This document shows, in pieces, positions 1 to 8,800 of a stretch of 64,000 nt of DNA; position 1 is the first letter of the stretch, and each line of letters opens with the position of its first letter. A program made the translations under genes and the position numbers. The DNA is from a virus. The DNA lies in IMG/VR virus record IMGVR_UViG_3300020048_000003; one strand, given 5' to 3'. Below the pieces are notes generated by a model. That model saw only the letters and a list, made by a program, of their open reading frames with translations. It made no database searches and was not told the origin of the DNA.

Positions 1-186
1 ACTAAACATAATTATGTAACAAAACAAGAAAGTGCAAAAGTAGGTGATAAATCAGAAGAATTTATTTTTTTAAGAGGTGAGTGGTTTGGATTGCAGAAAG
101 AAAAAGAAAAGAAAATTTTCCCAGCATCACAAGAAGAAATTGAATTTTATGAATTACATGATACTACAAATAAATATAATTTATGA
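1..186 (+). CDS. Fam-A small protein, 5'-truncated by window edge (ends ...TTNKYNL)
   Basis: Open frame from nt 1; C-terminal ...EEIEFYELHDTTNKYNL. Its TGA stop overlaps the next ATG (ATGA). Confidence 0.6.
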   Translation, partial: TKHNYVTKQESAKVGDKSEEFIFLRGEWFGLQKEKEKKIFPASQEEIEFYELHDTTNKYNL

Positions 187-452
187 AATATATAAAGACA
201 TACGAATCATATCCAAACCAAAAGAATAATGGAAGAATCAAAAAAGGTTCTTATGTTATATTAACTGGTTATTATGATATGAGATATTTTACTAAAGATA
301 AGCCATATAAAGTTGTTGATGTTAATAAAGCAGGTGATATAAAAATATATAATGATAAAAGAGAAATAGATATTATATCAAGAAGTCAATATGAAAAAGT
401 AAATAGAAAAGATATAAAACTTAATTTAGCAATAAGTAAATATAATTTATGA
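183..452 (+). CDS. Fam-A small protein (MKYIKTYE...SKYNL)
   Basis: Conserved N- and C-termini; ATGA coupling on both sides. Confidence 0.75.
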   Translation: MKYIKTYESYPNQKNNGRIKKGSYVILTGYYDMRYFTKDKPYKVVDVNKAGDIKIYNDKREIDIISRSQYEKVNRKDIKLNLAISKYNL

Positions 453-745
453 AATATTTGAAAATGTATGAAGATAATTTTGGGACACAGAAATATGAAG
501 TGGATGACTATGTTTTTTTATTAAATAATAGAAGATTCTGGAATTTAAACGTTTGTTGTAAAATTATAGATGTACTGGAAATTAAAAATGGAACAATAAG
601 TTATAAAATTAAAACTTTTTGGATTGATGATCCATCCAAAGAAGAAAAAGTATGGGTACTTCAGAAAGAAATTGAAAGAAAATTAACTCCAGAAGAAGTA
701 GAAGAATTTGAATTTAATCAAACTACAAATAAATATAATTTATGA
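449..745 (+). CDS. Fam-A small protein (MKYLKMYE...TNKYNL)
   Basis: Family termini; ATGA overlaps. Confidence 0.75.
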   Translation: MKYLKMYEDNFGTQKYEVDDYVFLLNNRRFWNLNVCCKIIDVLEIKNGTISYKIKTFWIDDPSKEEKVWVLQKEIERKLTPEEVEEFEFNQTTNKYNL

Positions 746-1101
746 GAACATACGAAAATTTTATAACGGATTTATTTAAGAAAAAGGAACCTATAATCAA
801 TAAATATAAAGTTGGTGATTATGTTGTTTATGATCCATTTTCTTTAAGAAATGATGATACTTTTTATGATTATGTTGGAAAAATTGTAGATATTCATAAT
901 AATACTGAGTTCAAGACTGGTTCATATACCATAGAAGGTGGAATACAATATGGAAGATCAGGAACATCAGGAGGTTTAGGTATGCCAGGAAAGAAGTTTA
1001 CTATATCACAATTAAATGATAGAGATTTTGAACGATTATTAACACCAGAAGAAATTGAAGAATTTGAATATAGAGAAAATATAAAAAAATATAATCTATG
1101 A
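742..1101 (+). CDS. Fam-A small protein (MRTYENF...KKYNL), VGDYV barrel core
   Basis: Variant N-terminus MRTYENF shared with the next gene; C-terminal LTPEEIEEFEY..KKYNL. Confidence 0.7.
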   Translation: MRTYENFITDLFKKKEPIINKYKVGDYVVYDPFSLRNDDTFYDYVGKIVDIHNNTEFKTGSYTIEGGIQYGRSGTSGGLGMPGKKFTISQLNDRDFERLLTPEEIEEFEYRENIKKYNL

Positions 1102-1433
1102 GAACATACGAAAATTTTATTGAAAATAAAAACCGATATTGGATAGTTGCGTCTAAATTTTTAGAGTCGGCATTAGAAGAAATTGGTACACCTAATTCAG
1201 GTGATGATTTATTTATAGAAGTTGATTCTTTCATAAATCATAAATTATCAGAACCAGGTCAATCATATGAATATGTAATAATCACTAATGATGTGAGGTT
1301 AAATCATAATGGTAAACATTGGGATTGGTTGTCTATGTCTGATGAAAACTTGGAATGGTTGAAAAACCATGAATATGAATATATGGGTACATTGCCAGAA
1401 TTTTATTCTGATACAAATAAATATAATTTATGA
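1098..1433 (+). CDS. Fam-A small protein (MRTYENF...TNKYNL)
   Basis: Family termini; ATGA overlaps. Confidence 0.7.
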   Translation: MRTYENFIENKNRYWIVASKFLESALEEIGTPNSGDDLFIEVDSFINHKLSEPGQSYEYVIITNDVRLNHNGKHWDWLSMSDENLEWLKNHEYEYMGTLPEFYSDTNKYNL

Positions 1434-1819
1434 AATATATAAAATTATTTGAATACGCCTTTAGAAAAGGAAAAGGAAATATAAATCTGAATGAGATTTA
1501 TATTTTATTTGATACTAATGAAGGTCATACACTTAATAAAGAAGTGGCAGAACAACAAAAAGTTCAATTGTTAGATATGTTTAAGAAACATTTTGAGATA
1601 GATGAAGACACAGAAGAATATGCTATGACTAACCACGCTTGGGCTTGGATAGTTAGATCATATACTATGAGTAGAGAAAGTTCACTTTCAATAAGTATAG
1701 TAACCACAAATGGTTGGTCAATTAGTGAAAAATCCACTGTAATAGAAGCAGAAGAACTTATAAGAATAGGATTAGAAAATTTAGATACTTATTTAGATGC
1801 AAAAAAGTATAATTTATGA
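1430..1819 (+). CDS. Fam-A small protein (MKYIKLFE...KKYNL)
   Basis: Family termini; ATGA overlaps. Confidence 0.75.
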   Translation: MKYIKLFEYAFRKGKGNINLNEIYILFDTNEGHTLNKEVAEQQKVQLLDMFKKHFEIDEDTEEYAMTNHAWAWIVRSYTMSRESSLSISIVTTNGWSISEKSTVIEAEELIRIGLENLDTYLDAKKYNL

Positions 1820-2157
1820 AATATATAAAATTGTTTGAAATGGAGAAGGATGAAGCAGATTTTTATTATCATGTGCCATATAATAATCTTACATTAATAG
1901 AGATTGTTTTAGAGAAGTTAAAGGTTTATAATGTTGATAAAATGATAACTGAAATTCGTGATAATTATAAAGAATTTAAAAGCTTATATCTTTTCATTTA
2001 TCTTGATAATGAATGGAAAAGAGCACAATTTTGGGTAATTAGAGATAATAAAGATGATTATCTTGCTAATTCGTATGCTGATGAAAATCATATTTATTAT
2101 AAAGGTGAATATGAATTAGAGCCTTATGAAGTATCAGCAGTAAAATATAATATTTAA
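1816..2157 (+). CDS. Fam-A small protein (MKYIKLFE...VKYNI)
   Basis: Family termini. Confidence 0.75.
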   Translation: MKYIKLFEMEKDEADFYYHVPYNNLTLIEIVLEKLKVYNVDKMITEIRDNYKEFKSLYLFIYLDNEWKRAQFWVIRDNKDDYLANSYADENHIYYKGEYELEPYEVSAVKYNI

Positions 2158-2159
2158 AG

Positions 2160-2462
2160 ATGAAATATATAAAAACATTTGAAAATCAAAACCCAAAATT
2201 AGTTGATGCCGCTAGATTTGGTGAATTTAAAAAACTTAAAGATATACTGCGTAATGGTGCGGATGTAAATACAGATTATAACGGAAGAAATGCTATATTT
2301 TGGGCAGTTTATAATGGAAATTTAGAAATGGTTAAGTATTTAATAAATTCTGGTGCTAATGTAGATGACCATATTTTAACAATTGCTAGAGGAAATTGGA
2401 ATAATCCAGAAATTATTAAAGAAATTCAGTTTGCTTTAGATGCAAATAAATATAATTTATAA
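2160..2462 (+). CDS. Fam-A small protein with ankyrin repeats
   Basis: MKYIKTFE...ANKYNL; interior GADVNTDYNGRNAIFWAVYNGNLEMVKYLINSGANVDD is a canonical ANK repeat pattern. Confidence 0.75.
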   Translation: MKYIKTFENQNPKLVDAARFGEFKKLKDILRNGADVNTDYNGRNAIFWAVYNGNLEMVKYLINSGANVDDHILTIARGNWNNPEIIKEIQFALDANKYNL

Positions 2463-2466
2463 AATG

Positions 2467-2826
2467 AAATATATAAAAGCATACGAATATGCAAAAAAAT
2501 CAGAATATTATTGGTTTATATGGGGAGATTATAAAACATTTTGTGATGTAGTAAAAGAATTTCTTTATCCAAAACAATATGAACACTTTTTAAGAAGTTC
2601 TGATACATATAAATTTGATGAAAGTGTAGTGGGTGGATTTATAACACAAAATTCCAAGAAAAAAGATGGGTATCTATTTTGGATATGTCACTCATTAGAA
2701 AATATGAAAGAAGCAGAAGAGTATTTTGAATTTGAGGGTGATATAATAGCAGGAGAACTTAAACTTATTGATAATAAATTAGTTAAAGATACGTTATATC
2801 GTGATATAAGAAAATATAACATTTGA
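2467..2826 (+). CDS. Fam-A small protein (MKYIKAYE...RKYNI)
   Basis: Start moved to the conserved MKYIK Met; the ORF-track start at 2440 is an in-frame upstream extension. Confidence 0.7.
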   Translation, partial: KYIKAYEYAKKSEYYWFIWGDYKTFCDVVKEFLYPKQYEHFLRSSDTYKFDESVVGGFITQNSKKKDGYLFWICHSLENMKEAEEYFEFEGDIIAGELKLIDNKLVKDTLYRDIRKYNI

Positions 2827-3107
2827 TGAAATATATAAAAACATACGAAATAATAGTCAATAAAAATACAGTTTATCCAAGTAAAAGTTTGGATAAATAT
2901 AAGTATAAAATTGGTGATTTGGTTCATGTTATAAATTACAGATTTGCTGGTAAAAGATGGAGTGAGAGTACAATATTTAAGATAGGTGCAATTGATACTG
3001 ACGCATATGATTGTTATTTTTTAGAACCAATATACTCTTATTTTAATGAAGAAAATTTAATACCAGTACCTGATTATGAATTAGATGCAATGAAATATAA
3101 TTTATAA
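2826..3107 (+). CDS. Fam-A small protein (MKYIKTYE...MKYNL), IGDLVHV barrel core
   Basis: Start taken at the second Met (MKYIK). Confidence 0.7.
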   Translation: MKYIKTYEIIVNKNTVYPSKSLDKYKYKIGDLVHVINYRFAGKRWSESTIFKIGAIDTDAYDCYFLEPIYSYFNEENLIPVPDYELDAMKYNL

Positions 3108-3108
3108 A

Positions 3109-3447
3109 ATGAAATATATAAAATTATTTGAACAAAAAGATGAATTAGAAATAGGAGACTATGTAATTTGTGTTGCTATGGATGAAAAAGATGATGAAAC
3201 AACATTAAATGATTTTTTGAAAGTGAACATTGGACGATTTATTGGAATTAAACCTAAGAAAATGAAAAAAAATAGAGATGCTTATATTGTTAAATTTGAT
3301 AAGGTGCCTAGTGATATACAAGCTGAGTTTGGTTCTAGTACAGATGGTATTAATGAAATATTTTTTGATAGATTTGAAATAATAGATTTTTCAAAGCACA
3401 AAGAAGACTTAGAACATTTTATACAAGCAAATAAATACAATTTATGA
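3109..3447 (+). CDS. Fam-A small protein (MKYIKLFE...ANKYNL)
   Basis: Family termini. Confidence 0.75.
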   Translation: MKYIKLFEQKDELEIGDYVICVAMDEKDDETTLNDFLKVNIGRFIGIKPKKMKKNRDAYIVKFDKVPSDIQAEFGSSTDGINEIFFDRFEIIDFSKHKEDLEHFIQANKYNL

Positions 3448-3851
3448 AATATATAAAATTATTTGAACAAAAAAATAAGGATCCTGAAAATGTTTTTTGG
3501 ATAATAAATGGCGATTTTGAGTATATCTTAAGTGTACTTAGAAAATTTTTGAAAAACAAGAGACATAGATTAGATTCTGGCTATGTAGATGCAGAGGAAA
3601 GAATTGCTGGAAATTTTGAAAATAATGTAAAAACTGATATTAGATATAATGAAAGTAATATTTTCGGTTTTTATTTAGCACATAGAGATGATAGATACAC
3701 TTATTGGGTTATAGATGAAAAAAGTGACGTAGAAGAAGGAAAAGAAAACTATATTGAAAACGATTATAAATTTGATGGTGAAATTAAATTAGAAAATAAT
3801 GAAATTGTAATAGATAGATTTATGGTAGATGTAGAAAATTATAATTTATAA
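3444..3851 (+). CDS. Fam-A small protein (MKYIKLFE...ENYNL)
   Basis: Family termini; last member of this array. Confidence 0.75.
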   Translation: MKYIKLFEQKNKDPENVFWIINGDFEYILSVLRKFLKNKRHRLDSGYVDAEERIAGNFENNVKTDIRYNESNIFGFYLAHRDDRYTYWVIDEKSDVEEGKENYIENDYKFDGEIKLENNEIVIDRFMVDVENYNL

Positions 3852-3866
3852 ATAATATATAGATTA

Positions 3867-4667
3867 ATGATAACTAAATTTCAATTATATGAACGTGTTA
3901 AAGCCAGAAGCAATGAAGATTTTATCAAAATTGCAAAATCTATTCATGGTGATAAATACGATTACTCCAAAATTGATTATAAAAATACTAAAGAGCCAAT
4001 AATAATAATATGTCCTGAACATGGTGAATTTTTACAATCACCGGAAAAACACCAATATCAAAAAAGTGGTTGTCCTGTTTGTGCTGGTAATTTACAACAT
4101 ACAAATGAAACTTTTAAAGAGAAAGCACAACAAATACACGGTGATAAATATAATTATGATAAAGTAGATTATAAAAATGTAAAAACAAATGTAATTATAA
4201 CTTGTAGAAAGCACGGTGATTTTTCACAAAGACCAAATAATCATTTATCTGGTGATGGTTGCCCAAGATGTAATAGTTCTAAAGGAGAGGCAAAAGTTAT
4301 TCAATATCTTTTGAAACATAACATAGATTTTGAACCTCAGAAAAAATTTCCTGATTGTAAATTAATTAATCCTTTACCATTTGATTTTTATTTGCCAGCA
4401 CATCATATGTGTATAGAATATGATGGCGAACAACATTTTGGACAATCAAGAAAATTTACATCAGAACAGTATGAGAAAACTATAATGAAAGATGAAATTA
4501 AAAATCAATATTGTAGAGATAACGATATAATCATGTTGAGAATTAAATATACTGATTTTAAGAATGTTGATAAAATTTTAGATGAAAATTTAGAAGATGT
4601 CTTGTCCAATAGATGGAGACTCAGGAAGTTTAGAGCATCTTCTAGATATTACCAATATTACCACTAA
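3867..4667 (+). CDS. Homing-endonuclease-like protein: two tandem Zn-ribbon repeats plus a C-terminal PD-(D/E)xK-like (DUF559/Vsr-like) nuclease
   Basis: Two copies of IHGDKY(D/N)Y.K(I/V)DYKN....II.C..HG.F...P..H....GCP.C; C-terminal FDFYLP...IEYDGEQHF resembles the DUF559/Vsr nuclease core. Confidence 0.5.
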   Translation: MITKFQLYERVKARSNEDFIKIAKSIHGDKYDYSKIDYKNTKEPIIIICPEHGEFLQSPEKHQYQKSGCPVCAGNLQHTNETFKEKAQQIHGDKYNYDKVDYKNVKTNVIITCRKHGDFSQRPNNHLSGDGCPRCNSSKGEAKVIQYLLKHNIDFEPQKKFPDCKLINPLPFDFYLPAHHMCIEYDGEQHFGQSRKFTSEQYEKTIMKDEIKNQYCRDNDIIMLRIKYTDFKNVDKILDENLEDVLSNRWRLRKFRASSRYYQYYH

Positions 4668-4748
4668 ATTTTAGATAAACTTCTATTATATTTTAGAATA
4701 TATATTGTATGAAAAAATTAAACTCTTCTTAGTCCATATCATTACGAT

Positions 4749-4964
4749 ATGGAAACAAATAATTCTATAAGACTTTGGAGAGTCTTATTGGTACACCGTA
4801 ATGGATACCAAGCACCATCACAAATGATAGAGTGTAAAAAGAGTGAAGTACACACTGTAGTACGAAAATTAAATCTAAGATTACTTGATTTTCCTGAAAA
4901 ATGGAGTTATCATTTAATAGACCTAAAAAAAGAATTTAATTCTAGAAAGGGTAAATGGATTTAA
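4749..4964 (+). CDS. Hypothetical 71-aa ORF; may be non-coding (sits in a GC-elevated structured segment)
   Basis: The ORF lies in a locally GC-richer stretch with inverted repeats (ccatatcattacgatatgg) between two endonuclease genes. No family signal. Confidence 0.25.
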   Translation: METNNSIRLWRVLLVHRNGYQAPSQMIECKKSEVHTVVRKLNLRLLDFPEKWSYHLIDLKKEFNSRKGKWI

Positions 4965-4967
4965 CAA

Positions 4968-4996
4968 AAAAGAGGCTTTCGCCTCTTTTTTTATTT
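4968..4996. terminator. Bidirectional intrinsic terminator
   Basis: aaaaaagaggctttcgcctctttttttatttt: a GC stem flanked by an A-run and a T-run, between convergent genes. Confidence 0.65.
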
Positions 4997-5293
4997 TAAA
5001 TTTGCACTCATTTTAATTGCTAACTCTTTTGAACTTTTGATTTTTTTATATAAATCATTAGGATGAAATCCATCAACACTTATACCAGTTTCATGAAACT
5101 TTTCAGCCAATATATGATGTGTAGAACATAAAGATATACCATTTTCTTTTACATATCCACCATTAATAATTTCGGTTCTATCTGTAATATGATGTGCATC
5201 AACTGCTTGCGCATTACAAAAAACACACTTTCCACCATCTCTAGTAAAAACTGCGTTTCTGAATTTTTCTCTTATTTGTTTCTTTGTTGACAT
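4991..5293 (-). CDS. HNH endonuclease
   Basis: GGKCVFCNAQAVDAHHI...NG...LCSTHH is the HNH/zinc-finger nuclease motif. Confidence 0.8.
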   Translation of the reverse strand: MSTKKQIREKFRNAVFTRDGGKCVFCNAQAVDAHHITDRTEIINGGYVKENGISLCSTHHILAEKFHETGISVDGFHPNDLYKKIKSSKELAIKMSANLK

Positions 5294-5664
5294 TAGTAAC
5301 TTTGAGTTCTTTCGTTTTGAATTGCATCTTCTCTTGCATTTGATATCTCTTCTGAAATAGCATCATCTAAATCTATAACTCTATATAGACATTTTATTTT
5401 AGATAGATCATGTTTTTTATCTTCAAATTCTTTAATTTTCTTTTTCTGATAATCTTTATAATCTTTAGATGAAGGTAATCGTTTTAAGTATGCTGTGTGT
5501 TTTTCAATTTCCTTATCAAGTTCTTTATTAAACGCGATTTTTTCAGTAAGACCATTATTGGAATTATTTTTTGCTTCTGCTTCTGCTTTATCAGTAAAAA
5601 TAGTGTCAATACCATAACCATAACGGTATGATACATATAAATTGAATTTGGTATATTTTGCCAT
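5293..5664 (-). CDS. Hypothetical Lys/Glu-rich protein
   Basis: Start taken at the ATG 'MAKYTKF'. The ORF-track start at 5697 is a TTG that overlaps the promoter motif. Confidence 0.5.
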   Translation of the reverse strand: MAKYTKFNLYVSYRYGYGIDTIFTDKAEAEAKNNSNNGLTEKIAFNKELDKEIEKHTAYLKRLPSSKDYKDYQKKKIKEFEDKKHDLSKIKCLYRVIDLDDAISEEISNAREDAIQNERTQSY

Positions 5665-5692
5665 AATTTTTTGTTTTTTAGAACTATAAGAG

Positions 5693-5707
5693 TGCAAAGA
5701 TACGGAA
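5693..5707 (-). promoter_or_regulatory. Conserved promoter element TTCCGTATCTTTGCA (Bacteroidetes-type -7 TAnnTTTG)
   Basis: Reverse complement of tgcaaagatacggaa; the same motif recurs upstream of at least 8 other genes. Confidence 0.55.
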
Positions 5708-5725
5708 GATTTTTTGATTAAAAAA

Positions 5726-6127
5726 TTATAAATTGTAATTTATCATATCAATTTCTAACTCTGTTGCTTTAACAAAATATTCATTTTTAGAAATTAATTT
5801 ACCTCTTTTATATGCTGAACTATCTCTTATCAAAGCAAAATAATACCAGAACGTTTTTAGTTTTTCATATTTATTCTCATAAATAAGAACTCTGATTTTA
5901 TATCCTTGATCACTAGTTATATAACAAGATAGAGAATCAGAGTCAGTATCATTTTGCTCTGGATTTATGTCTTCTATTTTGTATAATTTATCTTTAGTTG
6001 TATCAAAAAATATTTGGTGTATACCCGTAGGTAATTCATCAAACCAATATGCAGGAAAACCAGTACTAGGTTTCCTCCATATTGCAACTTTACATTTGAT
6101 ATAATCACCTACTTTATAATTGTTCAT
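5726..6127 (-). CDS. Fam-A-like small protein (ends ...MINYNL), KVGDYIKCKV barrel core
   Basis: C-terminal YNL junction motif; ATGA overlap with the downstream gene. Confidence 0.65.
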   Translation of the reverse strand: MNNYKVGDYIKCKVAIWRKPSTGFPAYWFDELPTGIHQIFFDTTKDKLYKIEDINPEQNDTDSDSLSCYITSDQGYKIRVLIYENKYEKLKTFWYYFALIRDSSAYKRGKLISKNEYFVKATELEIDMINYNL

Positions 6128-6744
6128 AACGCTAACTTATTAGGAATTACTTTTTTATTCATCCAATGTTCACTTGTTTGAACATGGTTTTCTCTAACCC
6201 ATTTAGCAACAGATGTATCAAAATCTTCAAAATTGAAACTATCTGCTAATCTGATTACATAACCTTCGTGCTTTTCAGTATCAAGTTTATAATTTCTAAG
6301 GAAGTTTTCATCAAATGTCCCACGCCATAAAACAGGTACCAGAGTTAATCCTAAGAGATTACACCACTCTTCAGTTTCATCCCAAGATAAGCATTCATTT
6401 TTTTCGTTCCAGATGGAGAACACTTGAAAATAACTCGTTAAATTGTTGTAACCAAGTGAATGTTCGGCATAAAGATTTTCACCACAAATACGCCAATCTT
6501 CTGGTATATTGTAACATATTGTACTCCAAAAACCTTTTAACCAATGTCTTGATGGATGATCAACACTATCTAATGAACGAGCGTGTGTATAATCTCTTGA
6601 AATTGTGGTATTTTCCCCGTCCATTTTTTCGGTCATTACAATTTCTTTTCCATGAAAGTGTGCAACAGATGATAATTTCTTATCGTCTGATGTAACACCT
6701 TGACTGAAAGGTAAATGATATGTACGAGGATATTTTGTTTTCAT
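6124..6744 (-). CDS. ATP-dependent RNA-ligase-like nucleotidyltransferase (Rnl family)
   Basis: N-terminal KYPRTYHLPFS followed by a KxDGxN motif-I-like sequence (EKMDGEN). Confidence 0.45.
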   Translation of the reverse strand: MKTKYPRTYHLPFSQGVTSDDKKLSSVAHFHGKEIVMTEKMDGENTTISRDYTHARSLDSVDHPSRHWLKGFWSTICYNIPEDWRICGENLYAEHSLGYNNLTSYFQVFSIWNEKNECLSWDETEEWCNLLGLTLVPVLWRGTFDENFLRNYKLDTEKHEGYVIRLADSFNFEDFDTSVAKWVRENHVQTSEHWMNKKVIPNKLAL

Positions 6745-6746
6745 AA

Positions 6747-6760
6747 TGCAAAGGTACGGA
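6747..6760 (-). promoter_or_regulatory. Conserved promoter element (CCGTACCTTTGCA) 2 nt from the ATG
   Basis: tgcaaaggtacgg lies immediately 5' of the 6744 start on the minus strand. Confidence 0.5.
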
Positions 6761-6779
6761 AAACTTTTGCATTAAAAAA

Positions 6780-7466
6780 TTAAATTTCAGTTATAATAGC
6801 AAAAGGTGAAATATTAGAATATGTATAATATGCGCCCCAATCTTCACCAAATTTAGGGTCTTCATACAATTGGATTTTATTAACTAATCTAGTATCAATT
6901 TCTAAAATAAGTATATCATCATTTTTCTTATTATATCTTTCAATTATATCATTTCTATAATAAGATGCAGAATCCATATTATCAAATAAATAGATTCTAT
7001 CAGGGTGATTTTCTATTTTTGAATGTGAAATAGGTATTAAACCTTGTTTTTTTATTTTATTAATATAAAGTTTTTCTGTAACATGATACATTTTTAGTGG
7101 AACACCATTTGAATCAGAATCAAATTTTTTATTTAATTGTAATTTTATTTGATAATACGAATTAAACCATTCTGGTAATGATGGTAATCCTTTTCCCTTA
7201 TTATTATCAATATAATAAATTGAAACGTAATATCCTGCTAAATTTAATATTTGATATAATTTATCAACTACTTCTTTTGTTATATTTGTTCTATCAAAAG
7301 TGATTTCTAAACAAAAATCTTTAAAATTATATTCAAAAATTAATTGATTCTTAAGTGCATTTAATAATTTATCATACTCCCAACTAAGTATTAATCCTTC
7401 GTTGATTAAAGAAACAGGAAATTCTCGTATTTTATCTTCTCTTAAATGTTCTCTGAAATTATTCAT
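6780..7466 (-). CDS. Hypothetical protein
   Basis: 228-aa ORF with ATGA coupling. Confidence 0.55.
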   Translation of the reverse strand: MNNFREHLREDKIREFPVSLINEGLILSWEYDKLLNALKNQLIFEYNFKDFCLEITFDRTNITKEVVDKLYQILNLAGYYVSIYYIDNNKGKGLPSLPEWFNSYYQIKLQLNKKFDSDSNGVPLKMYHVTEKLYINKIKKQGLIPISHSKIENHPDRIYLFDNMDSASYYRNDIIERYNKKNDDILILEIDTRLVNKIQLYEDPKFGEDWGAYYTYSNISPFAIITEI

Positions 7467-7699
7467 GTGTTATATATAAAAGTCTGAATTTTCTTTAATT
7501 TTTCTTTTCTTTTTAAAACACGAATTTTTTGTTTTAATTGTTCTTCGGTTAACATTGGATATGAAAATAAAGGACTTTCACCATTTTTTATGAGTGAAAA
7601 TCTAGGACCTTCATCAGTAAAAAATCCAGTTACATATAAACCAAAATCTGATATTAAAAATGGATCATCAGAATATCCAAACATTCCATTTATTCTCAT
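7463..7699 (-). CDS. Fam-B small protein (tail KRKEKLKKIQ)
   Basis: Conserved basic C-terminal tail. Confidence 0.6.
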   Translation of the reverse strand: MRINGMFGYSDDPFLISDFGLYVTGFFTDEGPRFSLIKNGESPLFSYPMLTEEQLKQKIRVLKRKEKLKKIQTFIYNT

Positions 7700-7700
7700 G

Positions 7701-8543
7701 CTAATAATTCATTATAATCATTTCAATACTTTCTTTATCACCTTTGCGACTAACACCATTGTAATTAAAATCTAATTGTTTTGATTTAAATCCATCTTGA
7801 ATTAATTTATTCATTATCCATGATTGTTTTCCATCGTGTTCTAAAAGACCAGATAGCATAAAAGAATGTCCTTTTAAATTTAAATCTAAAATATAGTTAT
7901 AAAGTTTAATATCATCTTCTTTTTTATAAAACACATTATATCCCGCCTCTGAGATTTGTTTATTTCCCATTTGACCATTCTCTATTACATAACCATAGGG
8001 TGGATCAATATAAACCATTGAAGGTTTAGTTATTTTTATATCTGAAAATGATTTTGAAGAGAATAAGATTTTATCCTTAAAAGGTGTAATATATTCAATA
8101 TATTCAATTAATTTCTTCTCTGTTGAAGGATTAAAAGTTCTTTTACCAAAGGTTTGATTGTATTCAAACTTGAGATTGAACCGCATCATATTGTTGGTGG
8201 AACAAAGCATAAGAGCATACAATTTCTCAGGTGTTTTTTCGCTGTTAAATGATGTTCTTAGTTGATTAAAACCACTTTGATCATCTTTTGATACACTTAG
8301 TTCTTTAACTTTTTTGATGAACTCAGAAGAGTTATTTATAATTTCTCTATGTATACCAACTAATTCAGCAATTACATCATTTGCTAATATCTTTTTATAT
8401 TTATCTGTAACGTTTGACCCTACAACAAAACTACCACAAAACAAATCTACAAAGTATGATTTTGTATAATCCATTTCGGGTAGTATTTGTTCAAGTAATT
8501 TGAATTTACTTCCAGTAAAATTAAGTGCTGTATTTATATACAT
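7701..8543 (-). CDS. DNA N6-adenine methyltransferase (Dam-like, D12 class)
   Basis: LNFTGSKFKLL (AdoMet motif) ... YIDPPYGY (DPPY catalytic motif). Confidence 0.8.
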   Translation of the reverse strand: MYINTALNFTGSKFKLLEQILPEMDYTKSYFVDLFCGSFVVGSNVTDKYKKILANDVIAELVGIHREIINNSSEFIKKVKELSVSKDDQSGFNQLRTSFNSEKTPEKLYALMLCSTNNMMRFNLKFEYNQTFGKRTFNPSTEKKLIEYIEYITPFKDKILFSSKSFSDIKITKPSMVYIDPPYGYVIENGQMGNKQISEAGYNVFYKKEDDIKLYNYILDLNLKGHSFMLSGLLEHDGKQSWIMNKLIQDGFKSKQLDFNYNGVSRKGDKESIEMIIMNY

Positions 8544-8800
8544 TTTAATTTTTCTAATTTCTTTTTACGATATTCTTTATTAGTCATATAAGGTATTTCA
8601 TTTGATACTGATAATTCTTGATCCCCACTAAAATGTCTCAATCCCATTATACCAGAAATATTAGGTTGAATTTGAATTTGATAATTGTTAATCATTTTAT
8701 AAAATCTGTCATCATGTCCTTTTGAAACCCAGAAAGTGTTTCTATTTATATCATATTTAGATATACCATAAAACCTAATATATTTATCTACTATTATCAT
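8534..8800 (-). CDS. Fam-B small protein (tail YRKKKLEKLKCI)
   Basis: Conserved tail. Confidence 0.6.
   Translation of the reverse strand: MIIVDKYIRFYGISKYDINRNTFWVSKGHDDRFYKMINNYQIQIQPNISGIMGLRHFSGDQELSVSNEIPYMTNKEYRKKKLEKLKCI

Noticed and set aside
1001-1234. Antisense or shadow ORFs at 1001..1234(-), 2688..2927(-), 6315..6695(+), 7590..7775(+), 10233..10469(+), 11851..12099(+), 15949..16131(+), 17671..17874(+), 19444..19635(+), 23723..23926(-), 25696..25884(+), 26240..26425(+), 26586..26777(+), 30102..30317(-), 32440..32634(+), 33032..33214(+), 34612..34794(+), 35961..36239(-), 38689..38871(+), 39801..39983(-), 40140..40322(-), 43087..43473(+), 44030..44254(+), 46176..46394(-), 47110..47319(-), 48396..48608(+), 52455..52670(-), 53045..53269(-), 53337..53558(+), 53575..53772(+), 55956..56150(-), 59932..60129(+), 61052..61237(+)
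   Set aside because: Each lies opposite a longer ORF that has family motifs or domain signatures. Their translations are low-complexity (Phe/Ile/Ser/Leu-rich), as expected for the reverse strand of AT-rich coding DNA.
4749-4964. Treating the 71-aa ORF between the two endonuclease genes as a confident gene
   Set aside because: Its composition and local GC differ from neighbouring genes and it lies within an inverted-repeat-rich segment. It may be a structured RNA or an intron remnant, so it is listed with low confidence only.
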